Shown here: positions 18,635 to 29,008 of the stretch, in pieces
Numbering within the stretch: position 1 is the stretch's first letter
How the letters are laid out: every line of letters starts with the position of its first letter
NCBI GenBank assembly: GCA_965238005.1
Contig: OZ250165.1
Coordinates: forward strand, 416,001-480,000
From: Longimicrobiales bacterium
GTDB taxonomy: Bacteria > Gemmatimonadota > Gemmatimonadetes > Longimicrobiales > Gaopeijiaceae
Length of the DNA stretch: 64,000 bases
Reading direction: 5' to 3'
Notes under the pieces: model-generated
Seen by the model: only the letters and a program-made list of their open reading frames with translations
Told to the model about the DNA's origin: nothing
The model's database searches: none
Position numbers and translations under genes: made by a program

Positions 18635-20036
18635 TGGAGTACCCCCGATTTGGCGGACACCTGCGAGATTGAGGAAAAGGGGGTGTCACCATGGCAAGAG
18701 CACGAGGACCGTACCCGCCTGAGTTCAAGGCGAGGATGGTAGAGCTGGTCAGGGCCGGGCGCAGTCCGGAGCAGCTCGCGAAGGAGTTCGAGCCGTCGGC
18801 CAACGCGATCCGGAACTGGGCGCAGCAGGCTGATCGGGACGAGGGTCGTCGAACGACGGTCTAACGACGGCAGAGCGAGAAGAGCTACGCCGGCTACGTC
18901 GAGAGCTCCGGCAGGTGAAGCTGGAGCGGGAGATCCTGGCAAAAGCCACGGCCCGACCAACGCTTCGCGTCGGTGCCCCGCACGGGAGACCGGCTCGATC
19001 CCGTCCGGAGGTTCGAGTTCGTGAAGGCGCATCAGGCCGTCTATCCGATTGCCACGCAGTGTCGGGTGCTGGGCGTCTCCACCAGCGGATACTATGCGTG
19101 GCTCGAGCGTGAGCCTTCGGAGTGTGAGAAGGCGAATGCTGCGTTGCTTGAGGAGATCCATGAGATCCACGCCGAGAGCGACGGGACGTACGGAGCTCCG
19201 AGGATGACGGAGGAGCTGAAGGCGCGAGGCCCCGCGGCGAGCGAGAATCGGGTGGCTCGCGTGATGAGGGAGGCGGAGATTCAGGGCGTGAGTCGACGAC
19301 GTGGGGCGAAGACGACGGTACGAGGCAAGGATCGGCGACCGGCACCGGACCTGGTGGATCGAGACTTCACGGCGAGCGGTCCTGACCAGCTCTGGGTCGC
19401 GGACATCACGTACGTCGGGACGTGGGCGGGCTTCCTGTACCTGGCCGTGGTGTTGGACGTGTGGAGCCGGCGGATCGTGGGCTGGGCGATGGCGACGCAC
19501 CTGAGAACCGAGCTCGTGCTCGAGGCGCTCAACATGGCCCTGTGGCAGAGGAAGCCCGAGGCGGTCATCCACCACTCCGACCAGGGGAGCCAGTACACGT
19601 CGGTAGCCTTCGGACGTCGGTGCGATGAGGTGGGTGTCCGGCCCTCGATGGGCTCAGTCGGAGACGCCCTCGACAATGCGATGTGCGAATCGTTTTTCGC
19701 GAGCCTCGAATGTGAGCTCATCGACCGCCGTACGTTCCGGACTCCGGCCGAGGCGAGGATGGAGCTATTCCGCTACATCGAGGGCTGGTACAACCCGCAT
19801 CGGCGCCACTCAGCCCTCGGGTACGAGTCGCCCATCAACTTCGAAAACAACCGCGAGCGCGCGGCCGAGAACACCTGGGCTCCCCAGGACATCGGCCCTA
19901 CGACAACCTCCGCGGAGCCCGGCTTGCTTCTACTCCCCAGCGCCGCTGGCGCTGCGGAAGCCTCTGACTCCATCGGCCTTTGAAGAGAGAGAAAACACAC
20001 AAGCGTTCACCTGTCCACCGAACCGGGGTAGGCCCA
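18635..20036 (+). mobile_element. IS3-family element, degenerate OrfA
   Basis: IRs TGGAGTACCCCCGATTTGGCGGAC and revcomp TGGGCCTACCCCGGTTCGGTGGAC; OrfA from 18691 frameshifts near 18853 (stop 18862-18864). Confidence 0.88.
19021..19983 (+). CDS. IS3 transposase OrfB
   Basis: 'WVADITY', 'HHSDQGSQY', 'DNAMCESFF'. Confidence 0.9.
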   Translation: MKAHQAVYPIATQCRVLGVSTSGYYAWLEREPSECEKANAALLEEIHEIHAESDGTYGAPRMTEELKARGPAASENRVARVMREAEIQGVSRRRGAKTTVRGKDRRPAPDLVDRDFTASGPDQLWVADITYVGTWAGFLYLAVVLDVWSRRIVGWAMATHLRTELVLEALNMALWQRKPEAVIHHSDQGSQYTSVAFGRRCDEVGVRPSMGSVGDALDNAMCESFFASLECELIDRRTFRTPAEARMELFRYIEGWYNPHRRHSALGYESPINFENNRERAAENTWAPQDIGPTTTSAEPGLLLLPSAAGAAEASDSIGL

Positions 20037-20049
20037 CTAGCTCCACTCG

Positions 20050-20439
20050 TCAGGAGCAGATGACCTGTGCGATGTGAGTGTGGAAATTACCGGAGGCGGC
20101 GGTCCAGGTGGTGGTGCCGACCGATACGGACTGATTGGCCTGGAGCGAGGCGAAGTGGTCGGCCGTGAGCGTCACGCTGTGTAGGTGGTTGCTCGGGCTT
20201 TGGACTTCGTAGGTCTTGTCCACGCCTGCCCGCACGTCTTCTGGGGAGACCCTCAACGCGTGGCTCGTTGGTCCAAATCCCCCAATGTCCGCCGTAGCTC
20301 CGTTGGAAAGGCAGTCCACATCGGTCGGTGGGGTGAGGCCGTCGGAGCCCTCGTCGCCGCCGCCGCCGCCGCACGACAACGCGCTGGTGGCGAGAACGGT
20401 CAAGGTGGTCGCGAGAAACTTTCTTCGAGTGTGTCTCAT
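20050..20439 (-). CDS. Tat-exported His-rich lipoprotein
   Basis: 'TRRKFL' twin-Arg, 'ALSC' lipobox, 'SH..NHLH..HF..FHTH' and two further Cys. Confidence 0.75.
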   Translation of the reverse strand: MRHTRRKFLATTLTVLATSALSCGGGGGDEGSDGLTPPTDVDCLSNGATADIGGFGPTSHALRVSPEDVRAGVDKTYEVQSPSNHLHSVTLTADHFASLQANQSVSVGTTTWTAASGNFHTHIAQVICS

Positions 20440-20957
20440 TCTCGACTCCGTGCTCTTGCGGGTTGGGCGTTTCTTTATCCCTCCGTTGCGAAGTTCGTTC
20501 CCATCTCGAAACCGGTACCCTTCAGTTCCCTTGATTCTAAGTTTCCACGTAGATCGAGCCGGCTGAGGTTGTCAGGGTGGTAGCCGAATCCGAGCAGCAT
20601 CATACATGACGATGATGTTACGACCGATAGTGCGTTCCAAAGCACTTTCGACGCGCTGCGTGAGGCTCATCTAACTTGTCTTGAAACGCTTTAACCTTGG
20701 CTCGTTGGGTCAGGGCTTCCGCGCCGTCCCGGATGGCGAAGCGGAACCTCCGCAGCCGGTCGAGCGTCATGGCGTCCAAGTCGCTCATGCGACCTCCGTG
20801 GTGGGATGCCACTGTGCCGCGATTGTGTCGTGGTTGTGCCGGAACCCACAGGAACGCATGTCGCGGATGTCACTGGGGCGTAGGATGAAAACGCCGTAGT
20901 TATGCGGGTGTTGGGGGTTTGCGTGTACAGTGGTGTCTGTCAGTTCCTCCGCAGATA

Positions 20958-21013
20958 CGGTCTCGAAAACCGGCGCCCGTGAGGGTGTGTGGGGTCGAAT
21001 CCCACCGGCTCCG
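20958..21013 (+). tRNA. 3' half of tRNA-Ser(CGA), att-site copy 3
   Basis: Same as copy 1 except T loop GTCGAAT. Confidence 0.85.
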
Positions 21014-21140
21014 CTCAGGCTCTCAGATGTGTGAACATCTGGGAGCTTTTTTTTGATCTGGCGGCCTCACCCGACTTTGCCGTCCCTCCCCTCGACCCAT
21101 TCAGCCATTGCTGGGATCCGGCCAAGGGAGTGAGATTAGA

Positions 21141-21359
21141 TGCATGACGAAACAAGCTCTCCTGACTGAGATTCTCCGCCTCCCACCCGAGGAGCGGCTC
21201 GATCTGTTGGGCGAGGCTTGGGACGCCATCGCAGCTAGCCCAGAGAACGTGCCCGTTCCAGAATGGCACGTGCGGGAATTGGAGAGACGCCTGGCGGACC
21301 CGGAACCGAAGTATGTCCCCTGGGAAGACGTGCGGGACCGATTGAAGGGGTCGACTTAA
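21141..21359 (+). CDS. Addiction-module antitoxin (TIGR02574-like)
   Basis: 'LPPEERLDLLGEAWDAI..ELERRL..VPWEDVR'. Confidence 0.8.
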   Translation, partial: CMTKQALLTEILRLPPEERLDLLGEAWDAIAASPENVPVPEWHVRELERRLADPEPKYVPWEDVRDRLKGST

Positions 21360-21361
21360 GC

Positions 21362-21480
21362 ATGACGGTCCGCTTCCGTGAGGAGGCGGCCGCGGATGTG
21401 ACATCGGCCAGGGAATGGTACGATGAGCAGCGACCCGGATTGGGCGACGAGTTCCTAGGAGCGCTAGAGCGTCGCCGCAC
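21362..21480 (+). pseudogene. RelE/ParE toxin, truncated
   Basis: 'VRFREEAAADVTSAREWYDEQRPGLGDEF', then unrelated sequence. Confidence 0.8.
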
Positions 21481-21967
21481 CAACACCTTGGTGGAGGTCG
21501 CGTTACCCGATTCGTTACGCTGTCCCGGCGGCTTCGCAAACTCGGCGAGATCCAGTTCCGCCGGATCCCCACGGATCGACCGATCCACCTACTCATCGAC
21601 AGTACGGGACTCAGGATTCACGTCGGCCATACCTGGGATGGACAACGAATTGAGGTTCAACTGGCGAGCAAAATCCTCAACACGATGACCGTACTCGGGA
21701 GGCCTGACAGCTACAAAGTGGCGTGAATCCCGCTCGGGGGACGGGGGATCCGTCTTCAGTTTGGAGCCATGCACCAAAGCCCCTCCGAGGCTGAGCCCGT
21801 GCCCGACTTCGTCTCCACTGCCGTCCATTCCGTCCGATCACACTTCGATGTGCTCCTATCGAAGGCCCCCTGCTCCTAGCCCATCCATCGATGCACGCCC
21901 TACCTTGGCTTTTGGATCAAGAGGGCGGTTGTATTTCCTATCCCTCACCTCACACAGCGAGTAAGCC

Positions 21968-24841
21968 ATGCGTGCTTGGGTCAAGAAAATTCGGCCGCTT
22001 CTTTGCGAGGCCGCGCTGATTCTGATGCTGTGCCTCGCACATTCGGCCGCCGCGCAGCCGCCGGATATGGCCGCCGAAGAAGACGTCGATCACGCCGGGA
22101 TCATTCGTTCCTGGACCGACGCGAATCGTGCCCGTGGGCAGAGGATCTACGACACCCACTGCTATAGCTGTCACGGCTACGAGGGTGCCGCCAGGTTGCC
22201 GGATGCCCGGGCCTTCAATCGCGACGAGCTGCGCGCCGGAGGCGACCCGTACACGATGTGGCTGACGCTGACCGAAGGATTCGGTCAGATGGTGCCGCAG
22301 ACGCAGTACACACCCGAAGAGCGCTACGACGTCGTCCACTTCATTCGCGAGGTCCTCATTAGGCGGCCCAACCGAAATCAGTACTTCGAGGTCACCGAGG
22401 AATATCTGGACTCGTTGCCCAAAGGGACGCCTCGCGAAGATCTTGTACCGCCCGACGGGCATCCACGCGACTACGGCCCGGTACTTACCTCCCAGTTTCG
22501 GCGTGAGGTAAACCGGGCGATGACCTTCGACCTCGGCGAGGACGTGTTCGCCTCGTATGACCTGCACCGCATGAGGCAGCATCACGTCTGGGACGGCTTT
22601 CTGAACCTGTCCCAGACCCAGCACATGCGCTACCGAGGCGAACGTCAGCCTTTCCCCGACGGCGAGCCTCTAGCGGGTCTGCAGACCTACCACTGGGCGT
22701 ACGGCGCCGACTTCGACGCGGCGCCGGAGAACTCGCTCATGCAGGGGCTCGAGGACGGCAAGTCGATGGCCCCGACGGATCCCGAGCTGATGCGCTACAA
22801 CGGGCACTATCTAGACGGCCGCACGGCCACGCTTTCCTTTTCGGTGCTGGGCCGCGTGGTGCTGGAGCGTCCGCGGGTGCATCGAATGGAGGACTTCGTG
22901 GTGCTCGAGAACGTCCTCCGCGTTGCTCCGGGCGAGACCGCGCTCCAACTTGCCGCCGGGGCATTCGACGGCGATCCCGGTACCGAGGGTGTCCTCGGGC
23001 TCGCCGGCGAGCTGTCGTCGGCACTCGACAAGAGCGGGTCGGCGCACCGCACCATCGTCCTGGCTGCTGATGTGCCGGCACCAGGAGCATCCGGGATAGG
23101 CGAGTTCATCGCCGCCGCGGTGGCTGGCGATACCGACCAGCTACGTTGGGAAGTGACCTCGCAACATCGTCTCGGCCTGCACATCCCGGCGAGCCGCACG
23201 CCGCTGGTCATCCGAGTGCTGCGCTTCGCCGGTAGCGGCGCCGAGCAATGGACGCGCTTTCGCGACTACGCCGACCTGGTCCTCCAGAACGGGCTGATGA
23301 CCGCTCCCGATCTGTCGGCGGTAGAGTGGGGTGGGGCGCCGCGCTGGACGACGGTAATCGAGACGGCCGGGATCCTCGACGTCAAGAAGGCTCGTTACGA
23401 TCCGATCGACTACCGCCGCACCGAAGGCATCAGTCCGTTCAGGATCAAAGATCGGCCGCGGGTGTCATTGCCGACCGATCCCGCCTACGTCGTCGACGAC
23501 CTGACGCTTCCGGAGGACAACCCGTGGAACGCCTGGATGAGGATGGCGGCGCTCGATTTCTTCGACGACGGCCGCATCGCCGTCTCCACCCTGGGTGGCG
23601 ACGTGTGGGTCGTCTCGGGCGTGGACGAAACCCTCGAGCGGCTGCGCTGGCGCCGATTCGCGAGCGGCCTGTTCGAGCCGCTCGGTCTGCGGGTCATCGA
23701 CGGTCTCGTCTACGTGACCACACGCGACGGCATTCTCCGCCTCCACGATCTCAACGACGACGGTGAAGCCGACTACTACGAGGACTTCTACACCGACACC
23801 GACGTGTCCAACGGATTTCACGCCTTCAACTTCGATCTGCAGACCGATTCGGAGGGCAACCTCTACTTCACCAAGCCGGGTCGCTACACCGATTACTCGC
23901 TGCCCGGCGCGCTGCTGAAGATCTCTCCCGACGGTGAGGACATCGAGGTTATCGCCCGTGGCTTTCGGGTCCCCAACGGAATGGGTGTCGATCCGCAGGA
24001 CGATCACATATACGTGAGCGGCCAGGAGGGACAGTGGGTTACGGCGTCGAAGATCACCATCGTGCCCGTTGGTGAGGACGTTCAGCCGTGGCTCGGCGTC
24101 TCGCAGACCAGAGAGAAACCCTTCGACACATTCGTCCAGCCGGTCATCTGGATGCCGCGCGAGCTCGACAGTTCAACCGGCGGTCAGCTCGTCGTGCGCG
24201 ATGAGCGCTTCGGGCCCTTGAACGGCAAGCTCATGCACGTGAGCTTCGGCAAGGGGTGGATCTACTACCACATGCAGGAAGAAGTAGAAGGCGTTACCCA
24301 GGGCGCGGTGGTCGCGCTTCCTTTCCAGTTCGATGCAGGCGTGCAGAGGCTGCGAGTGAACCCGTTCGACGGGCAGGTCTACCTCGTCGGCCTCACCGGC
24401 TGGGACGCGGAAGCGACGGAACGCGACGGCAGCCTCAACCGCGTTCGCTACACCGGCGCGCCCGCCCATCTGCTCACCGAAACTCATATCCGCAATAACG
24501 GGATCGAGTTGGTGTTCAGCTTCGAGGTCGACGCCGAGAGCGCCGCGACGGTCGCTAACTACACGGTGGAGGGCTGGAATTATCGCTGGACGTCGAACTA
24601 CGGGTCGGACCACTGGTCGCTCGACGATCCCGGCGCCACCGGCAACGATTCGGTGCCGGTGCGCGGCGCCGTGATCGGCGAAGACGGCCGCTCGGTGCTC
24701 CTGATGATCAACGACCTGCGGCCGGTAGATCAGATGATGATTCGCATGGACTTTATGGCGAGCGACGGGGCGCCCTACAAAGAGGTGACGTACCTGACCG
24801 TTCACCGCGTGCCCGGATCGCAAGATATCTCTCAACTCTGA
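21968..24841 (+). CDS. Secreted cytochrome c plus DUF6797 / beta-propeller protein
   Basis: Signal peptide, 'CYSCH', 'GGDPYTMWLTL', 'RFASGLFEPLGL', 'GFRVPNG', 'WNYRWTSNYGS'. Confidence 0.8.
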   Translation: MRAWVKKIRPLLCEAALILMLCLAHSAAAQPPDMAAEEDVDHAGIIRSWTDANRARGQRIYDTHCYSCHGYEGAARLPDARAFNRDELRAGGDPYTMWLTLTEGFGQMVPQTQYTPEERYDVVHFIREVLIRRPNRNQYFEVTEEYLDSLPKGTPREDLVPPDGHPRDYGPVLTSQFRREVNRAMTFDLGEDVFASYDLHRMRQHHVWDGFLNLSQTQHMRYRGERQPFPDGEPLAGLQTYHWAYGADFDAAPENSLMQGLEDGKSMAPTDPELMRYNGHYLDGRTATLSFSVLGRVVLERPRVHRMEDFVVLENVLRVAPGETALQLAAGAFDGDPGTEGVLGLAGELSSALDKSGSAHRTIVLAADVPAPGASGIGEFIAAAVAGDTDQLRWEVTSQHRLGLHIPASRTPLVIRVLRFAGSGAEQWTRFRDYADLVLQNGLMTAPDLSAVEWGGAPRWTTVIETAGILDVKKARYDPIDYRRTEGISPFRIKDRPRVSLPTDPAYVVDDLTLPEDNPWNAWMRMAALDFFDDGRIAVSTLGGDVWVVSGVDETLERLRWRRFASGLFEPLGLRVIDGLVYVTTRDGILRLHDLNDDGEADYYEDFYTDTDVSNGFHAFNFDLQTDSEGNLYFTKPGRYTDYSLPGALLKISPDGEDIEVIARGFRVPNGMGVDPQDDHIYVSGQEGQWVTASKITIVPVGEDVQPWLGVSQTREKPFDTFVQPVIWMPRELDSSTGGQLVVRDERFGPLNGKLMHVSFGKGWIYYHMQEEVEGVTQGAVVALPFQFDAGVQRLRVNPFDGQVYLVGLTGWDAEATERDGSLNRVRYTGAPAHLLTETHIRNNGIELVFSFEVDAESAATVANYTVEGWNYRWTSNYGSDHWSLDDPGATGNDSVPVRGAVIGEDGRSVLLMINDLRPVDQMMIRMDFMASDGAPYKEVTYLTVHRVPGSQDISQL

Positions 24842-24864
24842 GCTGGCGGAAGGTCTCGATCGGG

Positions 24865-26313
24865 ATGGAACACAGAAAGCGGTTGTTCGCAGCCAGCTTC
24901 ACGACCCTTATCGTGGCCGGCGTTGGCTTTGCGATTCGCGGCGCGATTCTCGCCGATTGGGCGACCGAGTTCGGCTTCACCAAGACCCAACTGGGCACCA
25001 TTACCGGTGGCGGGCTGGTGGGCTTCGGCATAGTCATCCTGGCGGCGAGCGCGATCGCCGATCGAGTCGGGTACGGAAGGCTCCTCTGGGTGGCGTTCGT
25101 TCTCCACGCGACGTCCGCTGTGGTGACGATGGCCGCCTCGCCGATCTACGGCGACGGCAGCGCCGGCAACGCCTCCGCATATTGGCTCCTCTACGTCGGG
25201 ACCTTCTTGTTTGCCATCGCCAACGGTGTGTGCGAGGCGGTCATCAATCCGTTGGCGGCGACGCTGTATCCGAAGGACCGGACGCACTATCTGAACGTCC
25301 TTCATGCCGGTTGGCCGGCGGGGCTCATCATCGGCGGCCTGATCGCCTATGGGTTCGCCACCGCCGACGCGCGTATCAGCCACGTACCTTGGGAGGTCCT
25401 CGTCGGTCTCTTCCTTGTCCCCACCGCGCTTTACGGCTTGTTGATCTATCGGGTGGGGTTCCCGGTATCCGAGGCTCGTGCCGCCGGTATCTCGTTCGCG
25501 GGAATGCTGCGGGAGTTCGCGCCCCCCGTTTTGTTGCTGCTGTTGTTGTTGCACGCCATGGTCGGCTACGTCGAGCTCGGCACCGATAGCTGGATCGTCA
25601 ACATCATGCAGAACGTCATCGAGGGCCAAGCGTTCCTCTTGTTCATCTACACCTCCGCCTTGATGTTCGCACTGCGCTTTTTCGCCGGCCCGATCACCCA
25701 CCGCATCAACCCACTGGGTTTGCTGTTCGTCAGCTCGTTGCTCGCTTGTGCCGGCCTGATGATGCTGGGCTCGTCGAGCACCGGGTTCGCGATTCTCGCC
25801 GCGGCGACCGCATACGGTGTCGGCAAGGCATTCCTCTGGCCCACGATGCTCGGCGTCGTCTCCGAGCAGTATCCGCGCGGCGGAGCCTTGACCCTGGGAG
25901 CCGTCGGGGCCGCGGGGATGCTGTCGGCCGGGCTTCTCGGAGGCCCCGGGATCGGCTACAAGCAGGACTACTTCGCGTCACAGTACCTCGAAGAACGGCA
26001 CGCGTTCGTCTACGAGGAATTCCGCGCGCCGACCGAGCACGGATTCCTGATGTTTCCGAAGATCGCCGGGTTGGACGGGGCCGAGGTCGGCGCCATCCTG
26101 GAGGCTCCACCGGCCGAGTTGACCGCCGTCGAGAACGAGTACCGGGGGGCGCTGCTGCGTGCCTCCATCTACGGAGGACAAGCCGCATTGAGGTGGACGG
26201 CGCTGGTGCCGCTGATGATGGCGATCGGTTACCTGTCGTTGATGTTCTATTTTCGTTCGAGAGGCGGATACAAGGCGGTGCACTTGGAACAGGAGTCTGG
26301 CCCCTCCGGCTAG
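24865..26313 (+). CDS. MFS transporter
   Basis: About 12 hydrophobic segments; 'ADRVGYG', 'EAVINP', 'HAGWPAG', 'WPTMLGVVSE'. Confidence 0.9.
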   Translation: MEHRKRLFAASFTTLIVAGVGFAIRGAILADWATEFGFTKTQLGTITGGGLVGFGIVILAASAIADRVGYGRLLWVAFVLHATSAVVTMAASPIYGDGSAGNASAYWLLYVGTFLFAIANGVCEAVINPLAATLYPKDRTHYLNVLHAGWPAGLIIGGLIAYGFATADARISHVPWEVLVGLFLVPTALYGLLIYRVGFPVSEARAAGISFAGMLREFAPPVLLLLLLLHAMVGYVELGTDSWIVNIMQNVIEGQAFLLFIYTSALMFALRFFAGPITHRINPLGLLFVSSLLACAGLMMLGSSSTGFAILAAATAYGVGKAFLWPTMLGVVSEQYPRGGALTLGAVGAAGMLSAGLLGGPGIGYKQDYFASQYLEERHAFVYEEFRAPTEHGFLMFPKIAGLDGAEVGAILEAPPAELTAVENEYRGALLRASIYGGQAALRWTALVPLMMAIGYLSLMFYFRSRGGYKAVHLEQESGPSG

Positions 26314-26401
26314 GATCCGGGCTCTGGTGCCGGTCCGGGTTTTTTTCGCTCGGCCGGCCGGACATTGCGTCGCCGACGCAACAAAAACCGAAGGAGACCC
26401 T

Positions 26402-27286
26402 GTGTACTTGGCCATGCACACCTGGATGCGCGCCGAGCCCATCGAGGCGGCCATTCGTCGTATTGCGCCGCTCGGCTACAAGGCCCTGGAAATCGGCGGC
26501 GAGCCCGAGCGGCACGACATCGACGAAGTGCGCCGACTGCTGAGCGAGCACGGAATCCGTTGCTTCGGGGCGGTCACCCTCATGCAAGGCGAACGTAATC
26601 TTCTCGCCGCAAACGAGGGCGAGCGGGCCCGGACGATCGCCTACGTGAACGACTGCATCACGATGGTCAAGGAGCTCGGAGGCGAGGAGATGTCGATCGT
26701 TCCCGCCACGGTGGGCAAGATCACTCCCGACTCGAATCCGGAGAACGAATGGCAGTGGGCCGTCGACTCCCTCAAGGAGATCTACGACCACGGCATGGAA
26801 TCCGGGGTGCGCCTCGGCATCGAGCCGATCAACCGTTTCGAGACCTATTTCATCAACCGCGGCGACCAGGCGATGGCGCTCGCCGAAGCGGTCGGCCCGG
26901 AGTGCGGCGTCTGTCTCGATATCTTCCACATGAACATCGAGGAGACGAACGTTCTGACGGCCATTCGCCGGGCCGGGGATCGGCTGGTCGATTTCCACGT
27001 GGCGGACAACAACCGCATGGCTCCTGGGATGGGGACGTTCGACTGGCCGGCCATCGTCGAGACGCTCAAGGAGGTCGGCTACGACGGTCCGCTCTCCGTC
27101 GAGTTCTGCGCCCCCATCGATCGGACGCCGGCCGACCCGCATCCCGACGCGCTCGAAGGAGAGCCGATCGATATCAGCCCCGAGCAGAAGAAGTTTCTCG
27201 AGGAGCACGGTTCGGCCTCGATCAGTGAGGCTTTCTACTCGTCCCTTGTCGAGACCTCCGCCCAGACGCTGCTGCCGCTGACATGA
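26402..27286 (+). CDS. Sugar phosphate isomerase/epimerase (TIM barrel, ketose 3-epimerase-like)
   Basis: 'IEPINRFE', 'LDIFHMNIEE', 'HVADNNRMAPG', 'VEF'; AAGGAG RBS before GTG. Confidence 0.88.
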   Translation: MYLAMHTWMRAEPIEAAIRRIAPLGYKALEIGGEPERHDIDEVRRLLSEHGIRCFGAVTLMQGERNLLAANEGERARTIAYVNDCITMVKELGGEEMSIVPATVGKITPDSNPENEWQWAVDSLKEIYDHGMESGVRLGIEPINRFETYFINRGDQAMALAEAVGPECGVCLDIFHMNIEETNVLTAIRRAGDRLVDFHVADNNRMAPGMGTFDWPAIVETLKEVGYDGPLSVEFCAPIDRTPADPHPDALEGEPIDISPEQKKFLEEHGSASISEAFYSSLVETSAQTLLPLT

Positions 27287-28456
27287 CTCTGACCATCAGC
27301 GAGGTCGAGGCTCGTTGGATCCGCTGTCCGATTCCGGAGGAGCGACAGCACGTTTCCGACTTCGGGCGCCTCGAGACCTTCGACATGGCGCTGGTGCGGA
27401 TCCGCACCGAGGACGGGCTCGAGGGGTTCGGCGAGGCCAAGGGCGCGGTTGGCAGCGCCGGCGAGTGCGCTTCGCTGGTGACCTGCGTGGAGCGCGAGCT
27501 CGGACCGCGGCTGGTCGGACGCGACGGCCGCGAGATCACCCGAGCGTGGGAGACGCTCTACAACGGAACCCGAGACCACTATGCGCGCGCCCGTGGTCGC
27601 GGATTTCCCGCCCTCGGTCGCCGGGGGACCACCGTTGCCGCCCTGGGGGCGATCGACGTCGCGCTCCACGATCTGGTCGGCAAGGCGCTCGGCGTACCCG
27701 TGGTCCAGCTGCTCGGCGGCTCGTGTCGAGATCGCATGCCGGCCTACGCGAGCGGCGGCTGGGCCGACGCCGACGGCATCGGCCCGCAACTCGAGAGCTA
27801 CACCCAACAGGGATTTGCGGCGGTCAAAATGCGCGTGGGCGCGATGGACAACACCGTCGACGTCAGCGTCGAACGGGTGCGCGAGGCGCGTGCTCATCTC
27901 GGTCGCGACATCGACATCATGGTCGACAGCCACGGGACGTTCAGCGTCGCGGAAGCCAAACGGTTCGCCCGCGAAGTCGAAGACTGTGGGCTGCGGTGGT
28001 TCGAGGAACCGCTCAACGCCGACGACCGGGCCGGGCTCGCCGAATTGCGAGCCGCGACCTCGATCCCGATCGCAGCCGGAGAGAGCGAGTTCACCCGCTT
28101 CGATTTCCTCGAGCTCTTGCCGGGCGGGAGCAGTCGATGTGTTGCAGCCCGACACCGCGATCGTCGGCGGAATCACCGAGGCTCGGCGGATCGGGGAGCT
28201 TGCGAGCGCTTTTCAGCGGGAGCTTGCGCCGCACCTCTGGGGTTCGGCGCTGTCGTTCGCGGCGGGTCTGCACGTCGCTTTCGCCTGCCCCGCCGCCGTC
28301 ATCCTCGAGTACTCGCTCGGCGACAACCCCCTCCTCCACGACCTGGTGGAGGAGGATCTGCGCCCGACAGGTGGGACCTTCGAGGCTCCTAAAGCGCCTG
28401 GCCTCGGCGTGACCCCGAACGCCACGTTCATCGAAGAGCACACGGTGCGCGAATGA
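27283..28456 (+). pseudogene. Mandelate racemase/MLE family enzyme with a 1-nt frameshift near 28117
   Basis: 'KMRVG', 'MVDSH', 'FEEP', 'AGESE', then 'VDVLQPD..GGITE..APH..LEY..PGLG' in the next frame. Confidence 0.85.
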
Positions 28457-28487
28457 CGGCTCATTACGTTCCGCCCACCGGACCGGA

Positions 28488-29003
28488 GTGACACCCATGC
28501 CACGAATGCTCCGCATCAACCACGTGACCCTGGTGGTCGACGACCTCGCCGAGGCGTGTCGGTTCTACGAGGAGGAGTTCGGTCTCGAGGCGCTCCCGGC
28601 GTTCAAGTTCGACTATCCCGCCCAGTTCTACAGGATCAACGACGAGCAGCAGCTTCACCTCACTGAGTGGGAGGACCGGCCGTCGTTTCGCGGCCACGTC
28701 GCCATCCAGGTTGCCGATTTCACCGACTGTTTTCGACGCATGAAAGCCCGCGGCGCGATCGACACCGCCCCCTGGGGCAAGGTCCGGCGCCTCCCGGACG
28801 GAGTCATGCAGATGTTCATTCGCGATCCGTCGGGAAACCTGGTCGAGATCGTGTGCCCGGCGAGCGACCATGTCGACGAGAGCATTTTCGAAGAGGATCT
28901 CGTTGAGTCGGAGCCCGGCGCCTATGTCTCGGGCCGTGGCGACGCCCGCGGCCTGCAGAGCGATGACGCGACGCTCTACCACGACGACGAACCGAGCGAC
29001 TGA
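28488..29003 (+). CDS. VOC/glyoxalase family protein
   Basis: 'INHVTL', 'QLHL', 'GHVAI', 'RDPSGNLVEI'. Confidence 0.88.
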   Translation: MTPMPRMLRINHVTLVVDDLAEACRFYEEEFGLEALPAFKFDYPAQFYRINDEQQLHLTEWEDRPSFRGHVAIQVADFTDCFRRMKARGAIDTAPWGKVRRLPDGVMQMFIRDPSGNLVEIVCPASDHVDESIFEEDLVESEPGAYVSGRGDARGLQSDDATLYHDDEPSD

Positions 29004-29008
29004 CCACC

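Noticed and set aside
13649..21013. Functional tRNA-Ser genes
   Set aside because: All three lack the 5' acceptor strand and D arm
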